A DNA stretch of 64,000 nucleotides from an uncultured delta proteobacterium (lineage in GTDB: Bacteria; Desulfobacterota; Zymogenia; Zymogenales; Zymogenaceae). Where the stretch lies: the NCBI GenBank assembly GCA_963792965.1, contig CAWBYW010000011.1, positions 32,001 through 96,000 of the forward strand, in the 5' to 3' direction. Shown in pieces: positions 21,687-31,184 of the stretch (the first letter of the stretch is position 1; every line of letters begins with the position of its first letter). The translations under genes and the position numbers were made by a program. The notes below the pieces were generated by a model, which was not told the DNA's origin, did not search any database, and saw only the letters and a program-made list of their open reading frames with translations.

Positions 21687-22388
21687 TTACCATACCCCCG
21701 GCACGAGGCGCCATTTTACTTCTCTGGCGTACTCGGCGTAGCCCGAGAGTTCCGCTATCAACATCCGGTCTTCCAGATACGTCCGGGCGATCAGGAGGAT
21801 CGCGATCAGCCCCGCCGGGACAAGGCCCCACAGCGAGCCGAGGACGACCGATGTGGCGAAGAACCCGACGATCCCGCCGAGGTAGCCCGGATGTCGGACG
21901 AAGCAGTAGGGGCCGTCCTTCACGACCTTCTGGCCCCGGTCGGCCTGGATGCGCACGACGCTCGAGAACCAGCGGTTAACCGCCATTGCCCAGGTGAGCA
22001 ACCCGTACGAGACCATAAACACCGCCCAGCCGACGACGTAGGCCCAGACGGGGAGCGATCCCGTCCAGCCGAAGCGCCCGGCGTCCAAGGCCGCAAAGAT
22101 TATGAGACCAAACGTGAGGGGGGCGTACATCGCCAGCAAGACCTTATCCCACCGCTTGATCCCGGGTCCCGGCCGCATCCGCTCACGGATGAGCCCGGGC
22201 ATCCTGCTGAGGAGAAAGAACGAGACGGCGACGTAAGCCCCGATAAAGCCGAATAAGGCCCATCCCTGCCAGTAAGAGAGCCTCCCCGCGCAGAGAAAGA
22301 CTGCCGCCATCATCACCAGAAGATATGCGACGCTCTTGACGATCAGGGTAAGATGTTCCTTTTTTGTCAGACGCTCATTATTGGACAC
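21687..22388 (-). CDS. isoprenylcysteine carboxylmethyltransferase-family membrane protein
   Basis: N.WFS..VRIQ..RGQ.VV..GPY..VRHPGY, RTYLED..L..EL.GY..Y. Confidence 0.9.
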   Translation of the reverse strand: MSNNERLTKKEHLTLIVKSVAYLLVMMAAVFLCAGRLSYWQGWALFGFIGAYVAVSFFLLSRMPGLIRERMRPGPGIKRWDKVLLAMYAPLTFGLIIFAALDAGRFGWTGSLPVWAYVVGWAVFMVSYGLLTWAMAVNRWFSSVVRIQADRGQKVVKDGPYCFVRHPGYLGGIVGFFATSVVLGSLWGLVPAGLIAILLIARTYLEDRMLIAELSGYAEYAREVKWRLVPGVW

Positions 22389-22393
22389 AATAG

Positions 22394-22822
22394 CTACCTC
22401 GCAGGAAGGGTCAGGTCGTCCCCCACCTTCACCCCGTTGGCCTTAAACCATCCGAGATTTACCTCTAGGGCGTACCGCGCCGGTTTCGGTGATTTGTAGT
22501 GCATCGACCCGTCGTCCGGGAACATATCGAGGATCACAATGATCTTTTCGTTGCCGTCGATAAACGCGATGGAAAGCGGGATGAGTGTGTTCTTCATCCA
22601 GAACGAGAGCGGACGCTCGTCGGGATAGACAAAGAGCATGCCCCGGTCCTGGGGTAAATAGTCCCGGTACATGAGGCCGGTGGCGCGCTCGTACATATCG
22701 TCGGCGATCTCGACGGTGAGGTGAACGCCGCCCACGGTGATGGTTTTGGTCTCCAAAGCGAGCGCGTCGGATGACACCAGGATAGTGAAGGCGAGCACCA
22801 AGCAAAGCGTCCTTAACTGCAT
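22394..22822 (-). CDS. DUF192 exported protein
   Basis: VEIAD...ER..GLMYR, GMLF, FWMKNT.IPLSIAF, YALEVN.G. Confidence 0.92.
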   Translation of the reverse strand: MQLRTLCLVLAFTILVSSDALALETKTITVGGVHLTVEIADDMYERATGLMYRDYLPQDRGMLFVYPDERPLSFWMKNTLIPLSIAFIDGNEKIIVILDMFPDDGSMHYKSPKPARYALEVNLGWFKANGVKVGDDLTLPAR

Positions 22823-22987
22823 GACGACAGCCTGTCCATGTATGATTTGTGAAAGAATGACGCCCCGGAAAGCGAGCGCTTGCTATTTATTCTAATCCCC
22901 CTCGCCTTTCCTGTCAACCGGGCTCATGACATCTCTCCCTTTACAAAGCGGACCAGGTGTGGTACCGTCTGCGGCGGAGGTGCCGCC

Positions 22988-24397
22988 ATGTTACCTACGG
23001 AGAAGGCTCAGCTTGACGATCTGATGGAGGCTGTCTTCAATCCCGCAAGCGTCGCCGTGGTCGGGGTGCCGGAGGGGATGAAGATGGGGAGGCTGTTTTT
23101 GATGGGCCTCCTCTCCGCGGGCTACCGGGGGAAGCTCTATCCCGTCAATCCGCGGCTTTCCACCATCGACGGCCTTGCGGTCTATCGGAGAACACGGGAT
23201 ATCCCCGGGCCCATAGACCTTGCCGTGATCCTTGTGCCGAAGGAGGAGATCTTCCCCGTAATCGAGGAGCTCGGGCAGATAGGGACAAAGGCAGCGGTCG
23301 TCTTCACGGCGGGATTCGGGGAGTTGGGCGCCGACGGGACCGAGGAAGAAAGGCGGCTCGTCGCCCACGCCCACAAAAACGGCGTCCGGCTCATCGGCCC
23401 CAACTGCATGGGGGTCTACTCGCCCGGCGCGCGCCTCTCGTTTTTTCCCTTCATGCCGATGAATGCTGGGGACACCGCGTTTGTCTCCGGCAGCGGATCA
23501 CTGACCTCGTTCGTGGTGCTCAGGGGCGTCGGGCGGGGGCTCGGGTTTTCCAAGGCCGTCAGCTTCGGCAACGGCGCGGACCTCGTACCGTCCGATTTCT
23601 TCTCACATCTCTCCCGGGACCCGGCGACGGCGGTGATCACCGCGTATATCGAGGGCATTCCCGAGGGGAGGCGGTTCTTCGACACGATCTCGGAGGTCGC
23701 GCGCGTAAAGCCGCTGGTCATCTGGAAGGCGGGGCTGACCGGATACGGGGGGAAGGCCGCCCACTCCCATACCGGGGCGCTGGCGGGGGACGCGGCGCTC
23801 TGGGAGGGGGCGCTTTCCCAGGCGGGGGCGGTGCAGGTCTCGGGGATGGACGAGCTGCTGGACGCCGTCATGGGTCTCAAATATATCCCGCCCAGTGTCG
23901 GGGACAGGGTGGCGATCCTGTCCGGGCCGGGCGGCTTTGCGGTCGCGGCGGCCGATGAGCTGGAGAGGTGCGGCCTGAGGCTTGCCGAGCTTTCCCTTGA
24001 GACACGGGAAGAGATCGCGGCCCTCCTGCCCAAGACCGGCGTCTCGGCCGCCAACCCGGTGGACGTGGGGCTCGGCGCCTCGGGTAACGCGGCGCTCTAC
24101 ACGGAGCCCGCGCGGCTTGTGCTCAAGGACGGAGGCGTGGACGCGCTGGTCATCATCGGGGGGACCTTCAGCGAAGAGATGAACCGCACGTACATGGACG
24201 CGCTGGTCGCCGCGCAAAGAGAGACAAGAAAGACGCTCATCGTCGTGGAGATACCCGAGTTCTACTTTGCCCTCAAAGAAAAGGACCTTGGCAGGCGCTT
24301 TGTTGAGGCCGGCATCCCGGTCTTCCCCTCGTCGGCGAGGGCGATGTGGGCGCTCAGGAAGGTGGTGGACTACAGAGAATTCGTGGGCGGGAGATAA
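22988..24397 (+). CDS. ADP-forming acyl-CoA synthetase alpha subunit (AcdA-like, CoA-binding)
   Basis: FNP.SVAVVG, YPVNP, AGFGE, GPNCMG, SHTGALAG phospho-His, NPVD. Confidence 0.9.
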   Translation: MLPTEKAQLDDLMEAVFNPASVAVVGVPEGMKMGRLFLMGLLSAGYRGKLYPVNPRLSTIDGLAVYRRTRDIPGPIDLAVILVPKEEIFPVIEELGQIGTKAAVVFTAGFGELGADGTEEERRLVAHAHKNGVRLIGPNCMGVYSPGARLSFFPFMPMNAGDTAFVSGSGSLTSFVVLRGVGRGLGFSKAVSFGNGADLVPSDFFSHLSRDPATAVITAYIEGIPEGRRFFDTISEVARVKPLVIWKAGLTGYGGKAAHSHTGALAGDAALWEGALSQAGAVQVSGMDELLDAVMGLKYIPPSVGDRVAILSGPGGFAVAAADELERCGLRLAELSLETREEIAALLPKTGVSAANPVDVGLGASGNAALYTEPARLVLKDGGVDALVIIGGTFSEEMNRTYMDALVAAQRETRKTLIVVEIPEFYFALKEKDLGRRFVEAGIPVFPSSARAMWALRKVVDYREFVGGR

Positions 24398-24440
24398 AGG
24401 AGACAGCGAAAAAGATCGTGCCGCTTACAACAGTGCGCGG

Positions 24441-25382
24441 CTACTTGCCGGGGAGAAGCTCTCTAAAATAGGCAATGGTCTGTTCCACACCCCGCTCGAA
24501 GGAAACGGTTGGCTCCCAGCCAAGCTCCTCTTTCGCCTTTGTGATGTCGGGGCACCTCACCTTCGGGTCATCGGCGGGAAGCTCCTTGAAGACGATGGAG
24601 GAAACGCTTCCCGTCAGCTCCTTTATGATGCGGGCGATCTCAAGGACGGCCTTCTCCTCGGGGTTACCGAGATTCATCGGGCCTGTATAGACGGGGGATG
24701 CCATGAGAGCAATGAGACCGTCGACCATGTCGGAGACATAGCAGAACGACCGGGTCTGACTACCGTCCCCGTACACCGTGATGGGTTGCCCCCCGAGGGC
24801 CTGAACGACGAAATTACTCACCGCCCTCCCATCGTCTTTATCCATCCTCGGTCCATACGTATTGAAGATCCGGGCGATCCGGATATTGACGCCGCGCTGC
24901 TCGTGATAAGATATCATGAGGCTTTCGGCCGTTCGTTTCCCCTCATCGTAGCAGCTTCGGATCCCGTTGGGATTTACGTTGCCCCAATATGATTCCGACT
25001 GGGGGCAAAAAGGCGGGTCACCGTACACTTCCGAGGTGGAGGTAAAAAGGATCCGCGCGCCCGTCTTTTCGGCAAGCCGCAGCGCCGTGTCGGTCCCGAT
25101 AACGCTCGTGAGTGTCGTCATGACGCGGTCCCGCTGGTAGTGCACGGGGGAGGCGGGGCAGGCCAGGTGGAAGATCTCGTCGATTCGAAGATCGATCGGA
25201 TCACACACGTCGCCCTCTATTAACGAAAACCGAGGGTTTTTCAGAAGCCGGCCGATATTCTCCCGGCTGCCCGTGTAGAAATTATCGAGGCAGACGACCT
25301 CGTTTTGCGCGTCAAGGAGTTGCTTTGACAGGTGGCAGCCGATGAACCCGGCGCCGCCGGTGACGAGAATCCGCCTGGTCAC
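24441..25382 (-). CDS. UDP-glucuronic acid decarboxylase (UDP-xylose synthase) family
   Basis: [51 protein letters not shown]. Confidence 0.93.
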   Translation of the reverse strand: MTRRILVTGGAGFIGCHLSKQLLDAQNEVVCLDNFYTGSRENIGRLLKNPRFSLIEGDVCDPIDLRIDEIFHLACPASPVHYQRDRVMTTLTSVIGTDTALRLAEKTGARILFTSTSEVYGDPPFCPQSESYWGNVNPNGIRSCYDEGKRTAESLMISYHEQRGVNIRIARIFNTYGPRMDKDDGRAVSNFVVQALGGQPITVYGDGSQTRSFCYVSDMVDGLIALMASPVYTGPMNLGNPEEKAVLEIARIIKELTGSVSSIVFKELPADDPKVRCPDITKAKEELGWEPTVSFERGVEQTIAYFRELLPGK

Positions 25383-26698
25383 TTCTTTGTTCTGTTCTCC
25401 GGCCTGCCGAAGCAGTGGTAGGTGAAGCCCAGTCGCTCCAACTCTTCGCGATGGTACTGGTTTCTCCCGTCGAAGATGATGGGCCGCTTCATCAGTCTCT
25501 TCATACGGTCAAAATCGGGGTTTCGAAACTCGTTCCACTCGGTGATGAGACAAAGGGCATCGGCGCCCTCCAAGGCCCCGTATGCGTCTGAGGCATAATC
25601 AATTCGATTCTTGAAATGCGCCCTGAACCGATCCATCGCCGCGGGATCGAAAACGACAACATGCGCTCCGAGGCCGAGCAGCCGCTCGACGATGAAGAGG
25701 GCCGGCGCCTCCCGGATGTCATCGGTGTTGGGCTTAAACGAGACTCCCCAGAGCGCGAGGGAGAGCTCCCCGATATTCCCCCCGAAATGCGTAACGATCT
25801 TCTCAACGAAAACATCCCGCTGGCGGTCGTTGACCGACTTAACCGCCCGGACGAAATCCACAGGGCATCTAATGCCGTCGGCCGTCCTTATGACGGCGGA
25901 GATATCTTTCGGCAGGCAAGACCCGCCGAACCCCAGGCCCGGGAAGAGGAACTTGGGCCCGATCCGCGAATCGGAGCCGATCGCCCGCCGAACCGAGTCG
26001 ATGTCCGCCCCAAGGCGGTCGCAGAGGTTCGCCATCTCGTTCATGAAGGAAATCTTGGCGCCCAAAAAGGAGTTGGCGGCGTACTTGGAAAGCTCGGCGG
26101 AGCGAATATCCATGATCAGGATGGGATTGCCCGTGCGGGTGTAGGGTGCGTAGAGCTCTTTCATGACCTCGGCCGCCCGGTCATTTTCCGTCCCGATGAC
26201 GACGCGCTCGGGTTTCATAAAGTCATCCACCGCGGTCCCTTCTTTCAGAAACTCGGGATTGGAGACGATGTCAAAGGGATGGCTTGTTTCCTTTCTGATG
26301 ATATCGGCAATCACCTCGGTCGTGCCTACGGGGACGGTGCTCTTGGTGATGATAATCTTGTAGTCGTTCATCGCCTCCCCGATTGAGCGCGCCGCCTGCT
26401 CAACCTGGGTGAGGTCCGCGTTTCCGTCACCGCCCGGAGGAGTCCCCACGGCGATGAATATCAACAGCGAGTTTTTGACACCGTGAGAAACCTCGGTCGT
26501 AAACGAGAGCCTTCCCCGGGAGGTGTTCCGATGAATCAGGTCGGAAAGCCCCGGCTCGAATATGCCGATTTCCCCATCGTTGAGAAGCTTGACCTTCTTT
26601 TCATCGCTGTCCACACAGATGACGTCGTTGCCCATATCGGCAAGACAGCTCCCGGAAACGAGGCCCACGTAACCTGCCCCGATCATACAGATCTTCAT
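25379..26698 (-). CDS. ugd: UDP-glucose 6-dehydrogenase
   Basis: [44 protein letters not shown]. Confidence 0.95.
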   Translation of the reverse strand: MKICMIGAGYVGLVSGSCLADMGNDVICVDSDEKKVKLLNDGEIGIFEPGLSDLIHRNTSRGRLSFTTEVSHGVKNSLLIFIAVGTPPGGDGNADLTQVEQAARSIGEAMNDYKIIITKSTVPVGTTEVIADIIRKETSHPFDIVSNPEFLKEGTAVDDFMKPERVVIGTENDRAAEVMKELYAPYTRTGNPILIMDIRSAELSKYAANSFLGAKISFMNEMANLCDRLGADIDSVRRAIGSDSRIGPKFLFPGLGFGGSCLPKDISAVIRTADGIRCPVDFVRAVKSVNDRQRDVFVEKIVTHFGGNIGELSLALWGVSFKPNTDDIREAPALFIVERLLGLGAHVVVFDPAAMDRFRAHFKNRIDYASDAYGALEGADALCLITEWNEFRNPDFDRMKRLMKRPIIFDGRNQYHREELERLGFTYHCFGRPENRTKK

Positions 26699-26937
26699 AA
26701 AACCCCCGAGAGAAAGAACAAGAGCCGAGATAACTCTTTCTTTATTCTAATCGGATCGCATCGGCAAAGTCAATAGAGAAAGCTCTCGATTTTGGAACGA
26801 CGGGCAGTCGATGCGCGGGCGGTTTCAATACGGAGCCATGCCTCGAGGTCCATGCTCGTTTCCATGTGCGGCCGATTCGGCCGTGAGACGTGTTACGAAT
26901 TGAATATTCATAACACACCGATATCATTACATTTTTC

Positions 26938-26965
26938 TTGACTCGGCCCTTCTCTTTGGTATAAT
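26938..26965 (+). promoter_or_regulatory. sigma-70 promoter of peptide/radical SAM operon
   Basis: TTGACT-N16-TATAAT with extended -10 TG (26957-26958). Confidence 0.75.
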
Positions 26966-27052
26966 TATATACAAGAGGTTTCTTCGGGGAGGATCGCCCC
27001 CCGGAGAGCTTACCGAACTAATCGTTTTGCCGTACCGGCAAAGGAGGAGGCC

Positions 27053-27115
27053 ATGAAGATCAAGAAGCTGGAAAAAACCGTCAAGGGACTGTGCAAGTGC
27101 GGTCGTTCCTGCTGA
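27053..27115 (+). CDS. putative RiPP precursor peptide MKIKKLEKTVKGLCKCGRSC (20 aa)
   Basis: AAGGAGGAGG RBS directly upstream; host-like codons; Lys-rich leader and CxCxxxC end; first gene before a radical SAM/SPASM enzyme; below ORF-track cutoff. Confidence 0.8.
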   Translation: MKIKKLEKTVKGLCKCGRSC

Positions 27116-27137
27116 ACATTCGCACATCACAAACCAT

Positions 27138-27170
27138 AACGGGCCGAAATCGCTTCGGCCCGTTGCTTTT
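27138..27170 (+). terminator. intrinsic terminator/stabilising hairpin after peptide gene
   Basis: AACGGGCCGAA-ATCGC-TTCGGCCCGTT then GCTTTT. Confidence 0.8.
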
Positions 27171-27232
27171 GGGCCGCCCGCCTCAGGTGGAGAGGGGTGG
27201 CCCGGCGTCATTCATTACGGGGAGGCCGGCCT

Positions 27233-27601
27233 TTGTCGATCGATAAGAAGACATTTTCGGACTACATTTGCAGGCCGTTTTGCGTCTTCTTCAAGGAAGG
27301 TCAGAAAGAAGAAATGGCCTGCGGCGCGGCCGTGACGGCCGCGCGGATAATAAGGTTGAGGAATATCCGGACGGGAGAGATCGTCTCGCCTGTCGGCGCA
27401 CAAGCCGCCACGGGAAAAGACGGTGACCTCCTCGACTCGCTGGTCTGCAGATATTGCCCCTTCGTTATCGATGGGTGCGACTTCCGTTCGCTAAAGCCCC
27501 CGCCTGATGCCGTTCCGTGTGGAGGATACATCCTGCTCGAGTTGCTCCTTTCGCGCGGCGTCATAACCCGCCAAGATATCGAGGACCTCGGCCGTGGGTG
27601 A
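27233..27601 (+). CDS. Cys-rich accessory protein (about 122 aa, 7 Cys)
   Basis: GGAGG RBS and TTG start; CRPFC..C and CRYC..C..CGG; overlaps radical SAM start. Confidence 0.8.
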   Translation: MSIDKKTFSDYICRPFCVFFKEGQKEEMACGAAVTAARIIRLRNIRTGEIVSPVGAQAATGKDGDLLDSLVCRYCPFVIDGCDFRSLKPPPDAVPCGGYILLELLLSRGVITRQDIEDLGRG

Positions 27602-28751
27602 TGCCGACTGGAAAAGGGGCTATCTCTTGCTATCCCGGAAAGCCGCCCTCAAACGGCTGGAGGAGCCCACGGTCTATATCACAGATCAGGACGAGCTCTA
27701 TGAGGTGAACGACGAGGCGTTTGCGTTCCTGTCCCGTTGCGACGGGACTATGCGTGGGGGCGACCTGACTGACGACGATGGATTTGTGACGTTCTGCCTT
27801 GCCGAGGGGATCCTCCTGACCCGTCCGAAACCCGCCGGGCGACGGGTCGTATTTGCGGCGTCGCCCGTGCCGTCTCTTCGCTACCTTGAGCTCCAGCTTA
27901 CCTCCCGCTGTAATCTTGCCTGCCTGCACTGCTATCAGGGTGATCGGACGGCGATTGACCTTCCGCTGGACACTGCCCTGAGGATTGCTCGAGAGTTTGA
28001 GGCAATGGCCGGGCTCCGACTCCTCATATCGGGCGGGGAGCCGTTGCTCTATCCCGGTCTCTTCGACTTCCTGGACGAGACGGAGGACCTCGCGTTGCGG
28101 AAGATCCTCATCACCAACGGGACGCTGATTAATGTGAGGAACGTCCGAAGACTCAAAGCGGACGAGATCCAGTTTTCCCTCGATGGATGGGAACGGGGAC
28201 ACGAACGGATCAGGGGGAGGGGAAGCTTTTCGAAGGTTATGCGGGGAATCGAGGCGGCGCTGAGCGCGGGAATCGCCGTCTCGGCGGCGACAATGGTCCA
28301 TCGGGGTAATCTCGATGAATTTGATCGAATGAACGCCTTCATCGAAAAGATCGGCGCCGTGGGATGGGGGATCGATCTTCCGTGCCCTACGGGGAGGTTT
28401 GATGCACACTCCGGGATTGTAGTATCACCGCAGATCGCGGGCCCCCTCATGCGGTACGCCTTCGGGGGGGGAAACCATGCCACGCCCGGCTTTGCCTGCG
28501 GGCACCATCTGATGACGGTGCTTCCGACGGGTGGCGGTGTAAAGTGTGGATTCTACGCCGACGATATCCTTGGGGACGCCGCCAAGTCGCTGGGCGGGTG
28601 CTGGCGCTCCATGAAGCATGTCCGGATCGATGAGCTCGAATGCCGTGGATGTCCTCATCTGGAAGAGTGCGGGGGCGGGTGCCGTTTCCGGGCTCCTGGA
28701 CCGCTGGCTCCCGATCCAGTTATGTGCGCGGCCTTTGGGGTGTATAGGTAG
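27594..28751 (+). CDS. radical SAM/SPASM maturase with N-terminal RRE/PqqD-like domain
   Basis: CNLACLHC, SGGEPL, TNGTL, SLDG; C-terminal C..C..CxxCxxxxxCxGGC..C; N-terminal ELYEVNDEAFAFLSRCDG. Confidence 0.92.
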   Translation: MGDADWKRGYLLLSRKAALKRLEEPTVYITDQDELYEVNDEAFAFLSRCDGTMRGGDLTDDDGFVTFCLAEGILLTRPKPAGRRVVFAASPVPSLRYLELQLTSRCNLACLHCYQGDRTAIDLPLDTALRIAREFEAMAGLRLLISGGEPLLYPGLFDFLDETEDLALRKILITNGTLINVRNVRRLKADEIQFSLDGWERGHERIRGRGSFSKVMRGIEAALSAGIAVSAATMVHRGNLDEFDRMNAFIEKIGAVGWGIDLPCPTGRFDAHSGIVVSPQIAGPLMRYAFGGGNHATPGFACGHHLMTVLPTGGGVKCGFYADDILGDAAKSLGGCWRSMKHVRIDELECRGCPHLEECGGGCRFRAPGPLAPDPVMCAAFGVYR

Positions 28752-28893
28752 GCACCGAAACGTCGGGAGGGACGCTCTTGCCCTCGGGCGGTGGTCCGTC
28801 TCTCGGGCCTTGCCGGGCGTGGAGCGAGGGGGAAGAATAGAAGGCTTCAATGTGTGGGCCGGTCGGGGCCGCGCGATGAAGAGAAAAGTAAAA

Positions 28894-28922
28894 CCCCCTT
28901 TCCGTAACGACGGAAAAGGGGG
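28894..28922 (-). terminator. intrinsic terminator downstream of pilin gene
   Basis: CCCCCTTTCCGT-AACG-ACGGAAAAGGGGG with an A-tract on its left. Confidence 0.7.
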
Positions 28923-28962
28923 CTTGTTCGGGTATCCACTGCGCAGTGGCAGGTATCGTCAC

Positions 28963-29412
28963 CTAGTTCTCTACATCGTTGAAGGTATTGAGGATTTTAT
29001 TCCCGCCCATCCCCGGAAGCGAGGGATCGGAAACCACTTTCCACGTGTCCCTAAACGCATCCATATCGAGATTTGCGGAGCACGTCGCGAAGAAATTCTG
29101 AGGATTCGCCGGCGGATAGGGAACCAGCTCCCAGCTCTTGTAGAATTTCGCCTCGGCGGGCGGATCGATCCCGAGGATGCGATAGTCGGCGGTGTAGACG
29201 CTCTTGTCGGCATAATAGGACATTTCGTTGGTCCAGATGCCGCCCAAGAGCACCCGTGCCTCCGACTGCATGGCGCCGGCCTTGTAATGGACGTAGAGCG
29301 GGATCGCAAAGGACGCGAGGATCGCCAGGATCATGACGACGATCATCAACTCGATGAGGGTAAACCCTCTCCGTGATCTGATTATTGTCTTGATTTTATC
29401 GTTCGTATTCAT
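28963..29412 (-). CDS. type IVa pilin (PilA-like)
   Basis: Class III signal RRG|FTLIELMIVV, E5, P22; 133-aa mature protein. Confidence 0.93.
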   Translation of the reverse strand: MNTNDKIKTIIRSRRGFTLIELMIVVMILAILASFAIPLYVHYKAGAMQSEARVLLGGIWTNEMSYYADKSVYTADYRILGIDPPAEAKFYKSWELVPYPPANPQNFFATCSANLDMDAFRDTWKVVSDPSLPGMGGNKILNTFNDVEN

Positions 29413-29437
29413 AGATCATTGTCTCCGATTAACTTAC

Positions 29438-29453
29438 TGCAAAGTTCATGCCA
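29438..29453 (-). promoter_or_regulatory. sigma-54 (-24/-12) promoter of pilin gene
   Basis: Minus strand TGGCATGAACTTTGCA (GG-N10-GC) 25 nt upstream of ATG. Confidence 0.8.
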
Positions 29454-29801
29454 CATGGCGGCCCCAAACTATTCATTACGTTCTCTATAACTAAATGATA
29501 TTATTGTCATTATTCGCAAACACGACACGGCTTTGATGATGTTTGCGTCGCTTGTGATAGTGAATTGTGTATCTGCAACTCTCCGTGCGAATTTACAAAT
29601 CTTCCGGCGAGCTTCCCTTGCCCTCATAAGAGACATTTTCAGGCACTTTTTCAGCTCTATAAAATATATATTTGACCTTGGGCTATAAAGAAACTATAAT
29701 CATTATACCACAAAATCGACTTTCGACACGGGATTTCGCAAGAAATATCCTGCATCAGTGTAAGATGTGAAACATACACCTCTTCCATGAAGGATTGAGA
29801 A

Positions 29802-30815
29802 ATGGCAAAAAAAGATGACAAGAAGAAGGTACGGCTCTTGGTAATTCTCACCGCCGTCGCGATAGCCTCAGTGTCGTTCTTCCTCTATATCAGTTATGCC
29901 CCTTCGGGAAAGGCCAAATCCTTTGAGGAGTGCAAGTTTCTCTTTGACAATAAGAACTATGACGCATGCATAAGCTGCTTCAATGAATATATAAAGACCA
30001 ACCCCGATTCCGAGGCCATCAGGATGAGGGGGATGTCTTACTATAGCACTAAGCAGTATGAGGGGTCCATCAAAGATTTTACCTCCTACCTGGAGAAAGA
30101 CTCGACGAACCGGAACATCTATTATCAGCGCGGGCTGGCCTACGAAAATCTCGGGAAGGTGAAGGAGGCCGAAGGTGATTTCAAGAAGGCATGCGAATTC
30201 GGGTACGACAAGGCGTGCAATCACATCACCGGATCGGTCGGGGGAGGGCTCTTGACGGAGGACACCCAGAATCGGAGCGCGGCGGATTGGTTCAAGATCG
30301 CATCCGATTTCCTCGATAAGGGAGATTACGAGAACGCCGTCAGCTTTTTTGGTCGGGTCATCGAGCTGGACCCCAAGATGACCAATGCCTATCTCCTCCG
30401 TGGGCTCGCTTACCGAAACCTGGAAGATTATAAAGAGGCCATGGACGATTATAATAAGATCCTCTCCATTGACCCAAATTCGGCGGCTGCATACAATAAC
30501 AGGGGCGTCGCCTACTGGAGGCAGGGGAAATTCAAGGAGGCGCTGTCCGATTATAATAAAACGATATCCCTTGCTCCGAACGACTATATCGTCTATAACA
30601 ATCGGGGCGTCGTCAACTTCGAGATGAAAAACTATACCGATGCACTGGCCGATTATAACAAAGCCATCGGCCTCAATCCGAAATTCGCCCAATCGTATTG
30701 GAATCGGGCCGTTAATTACTTGAAGCTGAACAAAAAAGATGAGGCAAAAAAAGATTTCAAGTCTGCGTGCGACCTGAAGATCGATGACGCCTGCAAGGCG
30801 ATGGGAAGTCTGTAG
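29802..30815 (+). CDS. membrane-anchored TPR protein
   Basis: N-terminal TM; repeated AY.NRG..Y...G.Y.EA..DYNKAI...P units. Confidence 0.92.
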   Translation: MAKKDDKKKVRLLVILTAVAIASVSFFLYISYAPSGKAKSFEECKFLFDNKNYDACISCFNEYIKTNPDSEAIRMRGMSYYSTKQYEGSIKDFTSYLEKDSTNRNIYYQRGLAYENLGKVKEAEGDFKKACEFGYDKACNHITGSVGGGLLTEDTQNRSAADWFKIASDFLDKGDYENAVSFFGRVIELDPKMTNAYLLRGLAYRNLEDYKEAMDDYNKILSIDPNSAAAYNNRGVAYWRQGKFKEALSDYNKTISLAPNDYIVYNNRGVVNFEMKNYTDALADYNKAIGLNPKFAQSYWNRAVNYLKLNKKDEAKKDFKSACDLKIDDACKAMGSL

Positions 30816-31184
30816 TGCGGGTAACCCATCAAAGACTCCACGAGGTATAACCAGGCTTCTTCCCCTTAAGAATCTGAGACGTTACCGCCGTTGGGGAATC
30901 AGCCTCCGCTCACGCAGTACGATAACGGTTACAGGCCTCCTTGGAAATGCCCCGACAGAGCACGGGCCGCCGAAAGCGCCGCGGCCGCACGAACCCCCTC
31001 TTCCCGGTACCATGCCCGCAGTCCGCTCCGAGACGTCCGTAATGAGGCGTCCTTCTTGTAACTCGCCAATCTTTAAACGCTCGTAAAAGGCACAGTATCC
31101 CTTCCCAAGAACGCGACTTTTTGATTTGATTTATCGTCCCCATCGTGCTAAAAGAAGGCATCGCACCTTCTGGGAGGAATTGCC

